From the NCBI GenBank assembly GCA_964654185.1, contig CAZZIE010000005.1, forward strand, positions 4,156 through 68,155: a DNA stretch of 64,000 nt. Reading direction: 5' to 3'. The DNA is from an uncultured Spirochaetaceae bacterium (GTDB taxonomy: Bacteria > Spirochaetota > Spirochaetia > DSM-27196 > PWMO01). Each line of letters begins with the position of its first letter. The stretch's first letter is position 1. Positions 35,044 to 44,499 of this stretch are shown one piece after another. The translations under genes and the position numbers were made by a program. A model generated the notes under the pieces. The model saw only the letters and a program-made list of their open reading frames with translations. It had not been told where the DNA came from and searched no databases.

Positions 35044-35958
35044 CTATCTGAGTTCCACCTCGTAACCGCGCTCTTCCATCATGGTTATGAGGCTTCGGTC
35101 TCCGATCAAGTGCCCGACCCCGACGGCCAGGAAGATTGTGCCCTCTTCGTCGTCCATGAGGGATTCGAGAGACTCAGCCCAGCGGCGATTGCGATCGACG
35201 AAGACCGTGCCGAAAAACTCGGGGTTTTCTTCGCGGGACTCCAGGAGAATCTCCTCCAGGGTTGCGAAGTCCCGACTGAGCCAGGCGTCGCGGAGGTCTC
35301 GAAAGAGATCCTTGATCTCGCCCTGCTCTGCCAATGCGTCCCGCAACATGTACAGCGCGTCGTCGCGGTTGAGCTCGTCGAAGAGCTCGAGCTGAGTTTC
35401 GAAGTCCTCGAGCTCCCGGACGTCCATGGCGCGCTCCTGCGCTTCCTGCAGCAGCGTCACATCGACGCCGTACCGCGGCAGGAAGCCGGCCTGTTGGGCA
35501 AGGACCGTGGTGACGGTGAGCCCGGCATACCACGGCTCCCATCGGTTAATGGCGGAGCGAGGCACGCCCATGGGCTCGAGGAGTGAAGTCAGTTGCGACA
35601 TAGTGTCATCGGAAATCGCGGAGGAGAGCTTCTCGGACTGCGGGAGCACCGCGAGCTCACGGACGAGCTGCTGTTGGGTCTGCCTGGACACCTTGTTCTG
35701 ATTCAACTCGACAACCAAGGTGTCGGCGCCTTCGAAAGCCTCCCTTACCGGTCCTTTGAACCAGTTCACTCCCTCAGTCATGAGGTGGATAGTTCCCAGC
35801 AGGTACACCCTAGTGTCGGCGTCTTCGGTATGCCAGAGCGGCGGTACCTGGTCGGAATGAGCGGACGCCCCTTCCTGAGCCGCCGCCGGAGTCAAGAACG
35901 CCGCGGCAAGAACGAGCAGCAGCACGACCCTTGTCATACGTGTCAATTGCATTCGCAT
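35044..35958 (-). CDS. TraB/GumN family protein
   Basis: Signal peptide, then YLLGTIHLM.., ..FLAVGVGHLIGDRSLITMMEERGYEV. Confidence 0.8.
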   Translation of the reverse strand: MRMQLTRMTRVVLLLVLAAAFLTPAAAQEGASAHSDQVPPLWHTEDADTRVYLLGTIHLMTEGVNWFKGPVREAFEGADTLVVELNQNKVSRQTQQQLVRELAVLPQSEKLSSAISDDTMSQLTSLLEPMGVPRSAINRWEPWYAGLTVTTVLAQQAGFLPRYGVDVTLLQEAQERAMDVRELEDFETQLELFDELNRDDALYMLRDALAEQGEIKDLFRDLRDAWLSRDFATLEEILLESREENPEFFGTVFVDRNRRWAESLESLMDDEEGTIFLAVGVGHLIGDRSLITMMEERGYEVELR

Positions 35959-36088
35959 TGGTCGAGGCTACGAGTGAGCGCCTCGCCCCGTCAAATCACG
36001 ACTGCATCTCGATCCGCGAATCTCCCGCCCCGACCATGATCTGCGCACCGGGCCTTCGAAGACGGCGATCCCGAGCATACTGCACCAC

Positions 36089-36117
36089 AAAAAAAGCGGG
36101 CCCCGGAGGGCCCGCTT
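36089..36117 (-). terminator. Rho-independent terminator of the second RRM gene
   Basis: The plus strand reads AAAAAAA-GCGGGCCC-cgga-GGGCCCGC. On the minus strand this is an 8-bp GC stem with a tetraloop, followed by U7. Confidence 0.7.
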
Positions 36118-36200
36118 GGGTTGCTGTGTCGGGCGGCAACATGCCACCGACTCTTGTTGCGCCGGTACTCGGCTCTCGCCGCTCTACCGGCACAGTCGGA

Positions 36201-36467
36201 CTACCAGCGGCGGTCCTTGTTCTGAGGCTTCGCCTCGTTGACCTTGAGCTGGCGACCGTCGAAGTCCTGGCCGTCGAGGGCGCGGACTGCCGCCTGGGCC
36301 TCTTCCTCGGTACCCATCTCAATGAAGCCGAAGCCGCGGGAGCGGCCGGTGTCACGATCGGTGATCACGTTGGAAGAAACGACTTCGCCGTGCTGGGCAA
36401 AGAGGTCGCGGAGCTCATGCTCCTGCGTCTGGTAGTTGAGGTTGCCGACATACAGTTTGTTGGCCAT
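36201..36467 (-). CDS. RRM-type RNA-binding protein (88 aa), paralog of 9892..10155
   Basis: MANKLYVGNLNYQT and RGFGFIEM. By my count about 76 of 87 aligned residues are identical to the first copy. Confidence 0.9.
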   Translation of the reverse strand: MANKLYVGNLNYQTQEHELRDLFAQHGEVVSSNVITDRDTGRSRGFGFIEMGTEEEAQAAVRALDGQDFDGRQLKVNEAKPQNKDRRW

Positions 36468-36585
36468 AAATAAACTCTCCTTCTGCGCTGGGCAGACAAT
36501 TAGTGTAACTCCCGAATGCCGAGTTGCTTTGTCTGTCTTTGAACCGGTGAAGGAAAGCAGAGAAAGGCAGTCACGAAATCCGATA
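36468..36585 (-). promoter_or_regulatory. Conserved 5' leader of the second RRM gene with an anti-SD block
   Basis: The plus strand TGAAGGAAAGCAGAGAAAGGCAGTCACGAAATCCGA lies at about 36548-36583. The anti-SD is at 36549-36557 and the SD at 36475-36483, with the same complementarity as copy 1. Confidence 0.45.
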
Positions 36586-36727
36586 AGTTGGATGAAGAAT
36601 ACGAAAGTTTCGCAGAAACGTCAATCACCAGAGGATCGACAAGTGAGAGGCGCCATGCCAACGCTTCGGGGTAGCAGAAATCCTGGACCTGTCGGCGGAA
36701 CCTGCTCTACTATAGCTGCACCGATCC

Positions 36728-37741
36728 ATGGGATTCTCTGCTACCAGGCGGCGCAACATCGGCATTGCAGCGACTCTTTGTACACTTCTGCTTCTTGTGA
36801 CACTCGGCAGTTGCGTACCCTACGACATGCCCTCGTTCAACAACCCCGTCGATCCGCTGGGCGCACAGTGGCCCAACTCAAGCAACACTGTTGAATGGAT
36901 AGAAGTCGCAGAGAGCGTTCCAGTGTTTCCTCGTGCGAACTTCTCGGCAACCGTCTTCGACGACGCCTTGTGGATTGCCTGCGGCAACTCGGAAAGCGGG
37001 GCCCTCGCAGATATCTGGACTTCGCCGGACGGCGAAGACTGGACACGTGCTTCGCAAACCGGTCCCATTCCTGCGAGCTGGGATCCGGCATTCGGGGCCT
37101 TCGACGGATATCTGTACCTGGCGTCGGCCTACACCGGCGCGGGTGTCTGGCGCTCAACTGATGGTGCTGCCTGGTCGGAAGTCACAACCGCTCCCTTCGA
37201 TGCAATAGACGAGTTCATCGTATTGAATGAATCATTGTACGCGCTACGCTACTTCGGCGGTGAGCTATGGAGTTCCTCCGACGGCACGACCTGGAACCTG
37301 GAAGAGGCCGGCAGCGCCATGACCGACAAATCAACGGAGTCGGCTGCGGTTGCGCATGCCGGTGCATTGTGGGTGATCGGAGGAGAGGGCCCGGGGGTCT
37401 GGCGCTGGGAACCCGGGACAACCGCAGGCTGGGAGCTCGTCGAGAGCAGCCCCGACTTCGGGGAACGCCATTGGCCTGCCGCCGCGTCGTATCGCGAACG
37501 CCTCTGGCTCCTTGGAGGCTGGGGCGGTGGCTTCTTCGAGATGAATGCTCAAAACGATGCGTGGATATCCGTTGATGGCTCGTCCTGGCAGGAAACCATC
37601 AGCAGGAACACCTTTCCCACGAGAGAACGCTTCGAGGCCGTGATCTTTCTGGACCGGCTCTACGTGCTCGGCGGTGCGAGAGACCGCACGATTGATATGC
37701 GGACCGACGTGTGGTACGCGGAGCTAGCTGCGATCGAGTGA
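36728..37741 (+). CDS. Beta-propeller lipoprotein with Asp-box (BNR) / Kelch-like repeats
   Basis: Lipobox LVTLGSC. Four S-x-D-x-G-x-x-W motifs (SPDGEDW, STDGAAW, SSDGTTW, SVDGSSW) interleave with LW/LY..GG blade motifs. Confidence 0.7.
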   Translation: MGFSATRRRNIGIAATLCTLLLLVTLGSCVPYDMPSFNNPVDPLGAQWPNSSNTVEWIEVAESVPVFPRANFSATVFDDALWIACGNSESGALADIWTSPDGEDWTRASQTGPIPASWDPAFGAFDGYLYLASAYTGAGVWRSTDGAAWSEVTTAPFDAIDEFIVLNESLYALRYFGGELWSSSDGTTWNLEEAGSAMTDKSTESAAVAHAGALWVIGGEGPGVWRWEPGTTAGWELVESSPDFGERHWPAAASYRERLWLLGGWGGGFFEMNAQNDAWISVDGSSWQETISRNTFPTRERFEAVIFLDRLYVLGGARDRTIDMRTDVWYAELAAIE

Positions 37742-38029
37742 CGCCTCAGCGCGACGCCTGCCCCTACCACCCGGGGCCAGGCCGAATGCGCACAACAAGA
37801 CGCACTGTGCGAGCCTGCGCGCTGAACGGCGCGCCACGCCACCCGCCGGCCCCTGCGGCCGAGGACCGACCGCAAATCCTGTATTGCCCTTCATAGCGCG
37901 CTCCTCATGCCCGGAGGTCTCCCCGCGCGAAAGGCAAGGTGCATGAGCTGCGATGGTGTGCGTCGTTTTGGATTTCGCGCGTCAGTTGATTGTACCAGCC
38001 GCGGCGCAAACCCTCAAAAAGTTTTCCGC

Positions 38030-40162
38030 CTAACAGGAGGCGCTGCGGATGCGGAAGGTGGTTCCCCCGTCGGTCTCGACCGTCACAGATGCGTTGATCT
38101 GGCCGGCAAGGGCGTGTATCAGCTGAAGGCCCAGGCTCCGTTGAGCCGCTGCATGGTGGTCCGACCCGAGGCCGACACCGTTGTCCGAGACGGAGAGCTC
38201 GAAACACTCTCCCGATCGGCCTGCGAAGTCGACGCGGAGAACGCCCGCTGCTCCGTTCGGAAAGGCGTGACGGATTGCGTTGGAAATGAGCTCGTTCAGG
38301 ATGATCCCGCAGGGCACGGCGGTCTCAATGTCCAGAGTCACCGCTTCAACGTTCGTCTCGAGGGCAACACTTTCCTCTCGGCCGTACGCCGACAGGAGCT
38401 CCCGGGAAATTCCCTCTATGTACGCCTTCATGTCGACGGCGGAGAGGTTATCTCCCTTGTAGAGCTCTTCATGAACCCGCGCCATGGAGTAGATGCGGTC
38501 CCGGCTCTTCCGAAACGCGTTCCGTGCGTCTTCAGCGGACTTCACGTGTTCCGCCTGGAGGGAGAGCAGACTCGCCGCAACGTTCAGGTTGTTCTTCACG
38601 CGGTGGTGGATCTCCTTGAGCATGCTTTCCCGCTCGATGGCGATCCGACGGATGGTCTCCTCCCGTTCCCGACGCTCGGTAATGTCCGTGTGGGTTCCGA
38701 TCATGCGCACAGGCTCGCCGTCGGCTCCCCGGTCGACTACCTTACCCCGCGCAAGTACCCAGATGTAGCTTCCGTCACCGGTGAGGAAGCGGTACTCACT
38801 CGTGAACATGGCGACCTCACCCCGCAGCGCCTTTTCCACCTCAGGACGCACCTGGGGAGCATCCTCCGGATGGATACGACCGAGCCAGTTCTCACCGGTC
38901 ACACCGATCTCATCCCGGCTGAGACCGACCATGTCCAGAAACCCCCGGGAGAAGAAGAGGGTGTCGTCTGGGAGTTGCCAGTCCCATACGCCGTGGCCGG
39001 CCCCTTCGAGTGCAAACTGCCACCGCTCCTGACTTGCGCGCAGCTCATCCTCGCGACTCCGTACCGCTTCCGCCATTCCGCGAAAGGCCTTCGCCAGCTC
39101 CCGGAGCTCCCGGAACCCGGCACCCGGGACGCTGCCCGGCAGAATCTCCCGGCTCCCCGCCGCGAGTGAATTGGCCCCGGCAGTGAACTCGCGAAGCGGC
39201 GCAACGATCGAACGGCGGGCAGCGCGGTTGAGAAGGTAGGTGCCCAGTAGCAGCAGAAAGAGAACCGCCCCGATCGTCACGAGAGCGCGCCCCGCAAGGG
39301 GAAGCAGGATCTCGGCCACATCCAGGCCCAGGATGACCAGCCAGCCGCTCGTCGCCTCTCGTGTTCCGCTCAGGAGCACGCGTCTGCCGTTCACGCGCTC
39401 TATTCGCGTCTTCGACGACCGGTCCTGCATGGCCCCTATGATCTCGAGATGGCCCACATTCTGTTGCTCCTGAACGACGGTGGAATCCGGATGGGCCAGG
39501 ACGTTGCCGTAGTGATCCGTGATGACCGCGATGCCCGTTCGGCGTCCCTCCTGGATAGTGCCGGCGTACTCCTGCATGGCATCCAGATCCAGCTCAGCCA
39601 GAAGGATCTCGTTCGGTGACACCCGACGGGCGAGTCCGATCACGATGTGCCCGGCAACGGGGCTGTAGTAGGGCACCGTGAGAGCACGCACACCGTGCGT
39701 TGGCGTCCAGAGGAGAAGCCCGGAGAAGTCGGTCTGCGCAACCGCTTCCGGGGCGCTTGTCAGGACACGCCTCGATCCATCCAACAGCAACACGCGATGA
39801 AACGCCTTGGAGGTGCGCAGCAGCATCCGGAGCTCAGCGACCGGGTGCGCTGCTCCCGGCGGCGTGGTAGCGCTTCCGGAGCCGCCACCACCCGGCCCGT
39901 ACGGTCTGCCCTCCCCGGCGATGTGTGCCGCGGTGAGGTCCAAGAGGCGCTCCGCCGAGTCGAGAAACATCCGCACGTACTGTGCGGCTGCCTCGGCGTC
40001 CCGGCGCTGACGCGCCCGGGCATCCTGAACAGCGAGTATGCCCCACGCCGCGGCGCCCAGGAGGGCCAGCACGACGCCGGGCAGGAGCAGACGAAGGACG
40101 AGCGTGCGAAAGAATACGCGCCCCAGGGGCTGTATCCGGGTGCTTCTATCCATCCTCCTCAC
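38030..40162 (-). CDS. Sensor histidine kinase: TM - Cache-like - TM - HAMP - PAS - HisKA_2 - HATPase
   Basis: IHHRVKNNLNVAASLLSLQ is a HisKA_2 H-box. LNELISNAIRHAF is the N-box. The PAS region is WQFALEGAGHGVWDW..IHPED. A periplasmic loop of about 250 aa lies between two TM segments. GTG start overlaps the upstream stop (GTGA). Confidence 0.85.
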   Translation of the reverse strand: MRRMDRSTRIQPLGRVFFRTLVLRLLLPGVVLALLGAAAWGILAVQDARARQRRDAEAAAQYVRMFLDSAERLLDLTAAHIAGEGRPYGPGGGGSGSATTPPGAAHPVAELRMLLRTSKAFHRVLLLDGSRRVLTSAPEAVAQTDFSGLLLWTPTHGVRALTVPYYSPVAGHIVIGLARRVSPNEILLAELDLDAMQEYAGTIQEGRRTGIAVITDHYGNVLAHPDSTVVQEQQNVGHLEIIGAMQDRSSKTRIERVNGRRVLLSGTREATSGWLVILGLDVAEILLPLAGRALVTIGAVLFLLLLGTYLLNRAARRSIVAPLREFTAGANSLAAGSREILPGSVPGAGFRELRELAKAFRGMAEAVRSREDELRASQERWQFALEGAGHGVWDWQLPDDTLFFSRGFLDMVGLSRDEIGVTGENWLGRIHPEDAPQVRPEVEKALRGEVAMFTSEYRFLTGDGSYIWVLARGKVVDRGADGEPVRMIGTHTDITERREREETIRRIAIERESMLKEIHHRVKNNLNVAASLLSLQAEHVKSAEDARNAFRKSRDRIYSMARVHEELYKGDNLSAVDMKAYIEGISRELLSAYGREESVALETNVEAVTLDIETAVPCGIILNELISNAIRHAFPNGAAGVLRVDFAGRSGECFELSVSDNGVGLGSDHHAAAQRSLGLQLIHALAGQINASVTVETDGGTTFRIRSASC

Positions 40163-41418
40163 CAGTCCTCTCCCGTCCCGGATGTCGTCTCCCGGCGCAA
40201 CGGCCGGAACTTGCCGCCTTCCATGACGAAGAGCCGCGCCGGCGCAACGGTGTCGCCGAACTCGTTGATCGTCAGGGGGCCGTGGAGGCTCGGAAAATCC
40301 TCGATCTGCGTGAGCGCCTCGGCCAATTGTTCTTTCCGTCCGTTGGTGCGCTTCAGGGCTGTTGCAAGGACCCGTACCGCGTCGTAGGACTGCGCCGCCG
40401 CGAATGAAGGCTCGCGGCCAAAGCGGTACCGGTAGCGCACGGCGAAGTCGCTGTACGCCTTCGTCTCGGTGGTCCCGCGAATCGATCGTGCGGTGATGAT
40501 CCCTTCGACCGCTGTTCCGCCGTAGGAGGTAAGCGCCTCCGTGGCGGCCCAGCCGCTGGTCACTATAGTGGCCGGCGCATCCCCGGCCTGAAGGGCCTGA
40601 GCGATCCGCGCCGTATCACGGGCCGAGGCGATGACAAGGATGGTCTCCGGCTCGCCCTCCAGGACGGCACGCAACTCCTCGCGAACGTCTCCCTCACCAA
40701 CGCCGGAGAACTCGACCTCATGGAGCATCTCTCCGCCGGACTCAGTGAAGGCCGCGCAGAAGGCGTCGTTGAAGGGGTCGCCGTACGTGGAGTTCTCGGA
40801 GTCCCGTATGCTCGCCGCAGTGGCGAACCCGCCATCCGTCGCCGCCCAGCTACCGAGCAGCGCAGCGGCCACGTCGGTGGTACCCTGGATCCGGAACAAA
40901 GGGTCATCACGGTCCGACAGCGTCGGCGTGGATGCAGTCGGGCTCAACAGAACCAGATCGTGTTCGCGGGCAACAGCGACGGCCTGCGCGCTCGCACTCG
41001 AGGTCATGTGACCGATAATGGCAACTACGCCCGCTTCGGCGAGCTCGGTGTCTACCGCGACAACACGCTGATCGCTGTTCTTGTCGTCACGAATCAGAAG
41101 CTCGATTCGTCCACCTTCGACACCGCCCGACTCGTTGATCTCCTCGACGGCGAGCATGGCTCCGTTCCGCCCCTGAACGCCGAGATCTGAATAGACGCCG
41201 GTCAGGGGGCCCACGAATCCCACCTTGATCTCGCGACCCGCGCACGCGACAAGCGTGACCCAGGCACCCGCGGCAAGAAGAAGGATCGCCGGAAGCCGGC
41301 GGCGGCGTTCGTTCCGGTGGACGGAACGACCGGGGTGCCGGTGGACGGCGCAGCGTACGTCCCGGCGCCCTGTCCGGAGTCCACCAGTACTCATCATCCT
41401 AAAAGCTCTAAAAGGCAT
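40159..41418 (-). CDS. Periplasmic binding protein, Peripla_BP_6 (LivK/amide-binding-like) lipoprotein
   Basis: RRRRLPAILLLAAGAWVTLVAC, then IKVGFVGPLTGVYSDLGVQGRNGAMLAVEEINESGGVEGGRIELLIRDD. The exact start is uncertain (M1, M8 or M9). Confidence 0.75.
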   Translation of the reverse strand: MPFRAFRMMSTGGLRTGRRDVRCAVHRHPGRSVHRNERRRRLPAILLLAAGAWVTLVACAGREIKVGFVGPLTGVYSDLGVQGRNGAMLAVEEINESGGVEGGRIELLIRDDKNSDQRVVAVDTELAEAGVVAIIGHMTSSASAQAVAVAREHDLVLLSPTASTPTLSDRDDPLFRIQGTTDVAAALLGSWAATDGGFATAASIRDSENSTYGDPFNDAFCAAFTESGGEMLHEVEFSGVGEGDVREELRAVLEGEPETILVIASARDTARIAQALQAGDAPATIVTSGWAATEALTSYGGTAVEGIITARSIRGTTETKAYSDFAVRYRYRFGREPSFAAAQSYDAVRVLATALKRTNGRKEQLAEALTQIEDFPSLHGPLTINEFGDTVAPARLFVMEGGKFRPLRRETTSGTGEDW

Positions 41419-41524
41419 TCTTGCGCTATTATAACTGTTTCAGGTGAGGATATCTACGGGTAGTGCCAGGCGGGATGAGTAATTCTTCTCAGCGCACGGC
41501 GCAGGTCTCGCTTCTGAAGTCGGT

Positions 41525-42739
41525 TCAATCTTCTGAGCTGCGGTTGACCACAACCGACCGGCGCGACGTTGTTGACAGGAGGTCCTCGTACCGGGAGTAC
41601 ACTTCAGCAACGACGTCACGCCAGTGAAGGTAGATGTCCCTGAGCGCCCCCTGCCCGACACGGCTCGTCAGATCGTGATCCAGCACTGCGCCCTGCAACG
41701 CCGCCGCGAGGGATTCCACGCTGTTCTCCACCAGAAACCCGCTCTCCCGGTCGGTCACCCCTTCCGCGGCGGAAGCGCCGCGGATGAGCACCGTCGGGAC
41801 CTCGAACGCCGCGGCCTCCCGCATGACAAGGGGCGCATTGTCATACAGAGATGGAAACAGGAGGAGGGTCGCCGCGGCGTACAGCTCCTTCAGTCGCTCC
41901 CGCTCGAGAACGAGACCGAGAAACACCGTCTCCTCTGCAATGCCGACGCTCCGACACAGACGCTTCATGGCGCGCTCGGCGTAGCCGGTCCCGGCAAAGA
42001 CCATTCGAAACTGCGCACCACGCTTCTTCATGAAGCCGAGAGTTCGAATGATGAGCTCGACGTTCTTCTCCCACCGGTGCTGCCCGACGAAGAGATACAT
42101 TGGAACATCCCGTGACTGGCCATTCACGAGGGCCCGTCCGCGTTCGGCAAGCTTCGCTTTCTCCTCGACGGTCGGTGCCTCCAGGTCCGTTCCATTCGGT
42201 ATGACCTCAATGGCGCCCTTGTACCCGTACTGCTTCAGCGTCTGTGCGGTCGCACGATTCGGCGCCCAGACCTGCGTAGCCTTCTGGTAGAAGTTCACGA
42301 CGTATCGGATACCGACGTCGGCCAGAGTCGGGGATCCGGTAACCTTCAGGAAGTCGTCTCGATACTTCGAGTGAAAGGTCGCTACGAGCGGAATGCCGCG
42401 TCGTTTCGAAGCACCCTGCGCGAGCCGCCCGGACACAAACGGGCAGTGCGCGTGGACAACGTCGAAGTGTCGCGTCTGGAGTTGCCGCATGAACTCCGGG
42501 TCGATCCACGGCAGCCCCGCGCGGAAGGGTTTCATCTGCGGAAGCTCGACCGCGCGGAAACGAAGCACTTCGTAGTCGGTAGTGTCCGTATATCCGGGAG
42601 CCTCCGGCGCGACGACGATTGCCGTGCCGTGCTTCCGGTGAATCCAGTGTGCGTAGTTCTCCATGCACACGCCGACACCGTCCATGATCGGACGGTAGCT
42701 GTCGTTAAACTGACCAACACTCAGACCCACCGGCAACAT
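41525..42739 (-). CDS. Glycosyltransferase family 4 (GT-B)
   Basis: I start at ATG 42739 (MLPVGLSVGQFNDSYRPIMDGV). FDVVHAHCPFVSG, ..FVGQHRWEKNV.., LLFPSLYDNAPLVMREAAAFEVPTV form the EX7E-type region. Confidence 0.8.
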   Translation of the reverse strand: MLPVGLSVGQFNDSYRPIMDGVGVCMENYAHWIHRKHGTAIVVAPEAPGYTDTTDYEVLRFRAVELPQMKPFRAGLPWIDPEFMRQLQTRHFDVVHAHCPFVSGRLAQGASKRRGIPLVATFHSKYRDDFLKVTGSPTLADVGIRYVVNFYQKATQVWAPNRATAQTLKQYGYKGAIEVIPNGTDLEAPTVEEKAKLAERGRALVNGQSRDVPMYLFVGQHRWEKNVELIIRTLGFMKKRGAQFRMVFAGTGYAERAMKRLCRSVGIAEETVFLGLVLERERLKELYAAATLLLFPSLYDNAPLVMREAAAFEVPTVLIRGASAAEGVTDRESGFLVENSVESLAAALQGAVLDHDLTSRVGQGALRDIYLHWRDVVAEVYSRYEDLLSTTSRRSVVVNRSSED

Positions 42740-42870
42740 CCTTTCAGTGACGGTCCACCCTACCACGATGCCGCTTGGAGTGATACCGCGTGCGTTGCAG
42801 CAGAGTGGAGGGACATCGCCCCGCGACGTGGTCATGGCAGAGCGTGTCCGACGTGATATACACTGTCGCC

Positions 42871-44478
42871 ATGTCATACATCAACACTGCTCGTCGCTCC
42901 CGCCGGGGCGGCATGGTCTTGAGCATGTTTGCTGCTCTGCTCGCTTCATTGGTCTTTCTTACAGGGTGCGCCTCGACACCCAGGAGCTTCGAGAATCCCA
43001 CCGAGCCCGAGGTGCGCGTCCTCGTGGCGGAGCTGAGGCAGGAGACCAACTCATTCTCACCGGTTCCAACCACCATGGAGGACTTTGCGGCAAGCGGTAT
43101 CCACCGCGGAACCGCTCTCATGGACTTCGCCCGGGAGGGCGACGGGACTCTGTCCGGCTTCACCGCAGCCATTGCCGATCACGGTGAGGGCCGCATTGAA
43201 ATTGTGCCGACCCTTTCGGCCCGCGCAGTATCAGGTGGTCCCATTCAGCGCGGGACTTATGATCAGTTCAAGAATGAGATCCTCCAGATTGCCCGCGCAG
43301 AGGCGGATAGCGTTGACGGCGTCTATCTCTCCCTCCACGGCGCCATGGGCGTCGACGGCGTACGTGATCCCGAAGGGGATCTCCTCGTCGCCCTGCGGGA
43401 TGTCCTGGGATCGGAGATCCCGATCGGGGTCTCCTTCGATCTCCACGCCAATCTCACGCAGCGACGGGCCGACAACGCGACCTATATTGTCGGGTACCAG
43501 ACCAACCCTCACCGGGACTTCTTCGAAACGGGGTATACCAGCGGGGAGATCATGGCCAAGACCGTGCTGGGACAGGTGAAGCCGGTCATGGTGGTGCGGA
43601 AGATGCGCCTCCTCAAAGGCGGTGGCATCAACATCGATTTCCTGGCTCCCATGCGATCGATCTTCCGGAAGATGGACCGCATGGAGCGTGATCCCGAAGT
43701 CCTGAGCGTCTCCAATTTCATGGTCCACATCTGGCTGGACGATCCCGAGCTCGGCTGGAGCACCGTCGCCGTGACCGACGGCAATCAGGAGCGCGCGGCG
43801 GAACTCGCGGACGAGATTGCAGGCCTTGATTGGGAGGTGCGTGATGTGCCGCATCCCCCCGCTCTTTCTGCGGAAGAGGGCGTCCGGGCGGTTCGCCGCG
43901 CCGGCCTTGCCCGCGCCTTCGGAACGACCGTGATCTGCGACGTGGCCGACGCCGTCGGCGCGGGAGCCCCGGGTGAGAACGCCTGGATCCTGAAGGCCTT
44001 CCTGGAGAACGACCCGGAGCTGACCACCTACATTCCGTTGCGGGACGCCCCCGCTGCACGGCAGGCCTGGGCGGCTGACATCGGGGAGACCGTGACGGTG
44101 TCGCTAGGACAAACCCTCGAGACTACGTACAACACCCGGGTCGCCTACACCGGTGAGGTGATTCACAAGACGGAGACCGACAGCGACGGCAAGACCGTGG
44201 TGGTGAAGCACCAGGGTATTCACCTGATCCTCACGGAGCGACCGACCACCGCGCGGGAGCCGGAGTTCTTCACGGACCTGGGACTTCCGCCCCGCAAGGC
44301 CGACGCCGTGGTGGTGAAAAATCTCTTTCCCTTCCGCTTTACCTACATGGCGGTGAACCGCAAGACCATCAACGTCATGACTCCCGGCACGACGAGCATT
44401 GACGTATTCGGGCTCGAGTACGACGAGGTGCCGCGGCCGATCTATCCTCTGGACCCGATCGACGACTGGCAACCCTGA
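42871..44478 (+). CDS. M81 family metallopeptidase (MlrC-like) with lipoprotein signal
   Basis: I start at ATG 42871 (MSYINTARRSRRGGMVLSMFAALLASLVFLTGC). ELRQETNSFSP, GVYLSLHGAMGV, FDLHANLT and VGYQTNPHRD are the MlrC N-domain blocks. Confidence 0.8.
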   Translation: MSYINTARRSRRGGMVLSMFAALLASLVFLTGCASTPRSFENPTEPEVRVLVAELRQETNSFSPVPTTMEDFAASGIHRGTALMDFAREGDGTLSGFTAAIADHGEGRIEIVPTLSARAVSGGPIQRGTYDQFKNEILQIARAEADSVDGVYLSLHGAMGVDGVRDPEGDLLVALRDVLGSEIPIGVSFDLHANLTQRRADNATYIVGYQTNPHRDFFETGYTSGEIMAKTVLGQVKPVMVVRKMRLLKGGGINIDFLAPMRSIFRKMDRMERDPEVLSVSNFMVHIWLDDPELGWSTVAVTDGNQERAAELADEIAGLDWEVRDVPHPPALSAEEGVRAVRRAGLARAFGTTVICDVADAVGAGAPGENAWILKAFLENDPELTTYIPLRDAPAARQAWAADIGETVTVSLGQTLETTYNTRVAYTGEVIHKTETDSDGKTVVVKHQGIHLILTERPTTAREPEFFTDLGLPPRKADAVVVKNLFPFRFTYMAVNRKTINVMTPGTTSIDVFGLEYDEVPRPIYPLDPIDDWQP

Positions 44479-44481
44479 CGG

Positions 44482-44499
44482 GCCGGCTGAGCAGCCGGC
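44482..44499. terminator. Short GC hairpin between convergent genes
   Basis: GCCGGCT-gagc-AGCCGGC forms a 7-bp stem with no U-tract. Confidence 0.3.

Noticed and set aside
37742-38029. 288-bp gap between the convergent propeller and kinase genes, as a possible sRNA locus.
   Set aside because: I saw no promoter-like AT-rich element, terminator hairpin with U-tract, or conserved repeat.
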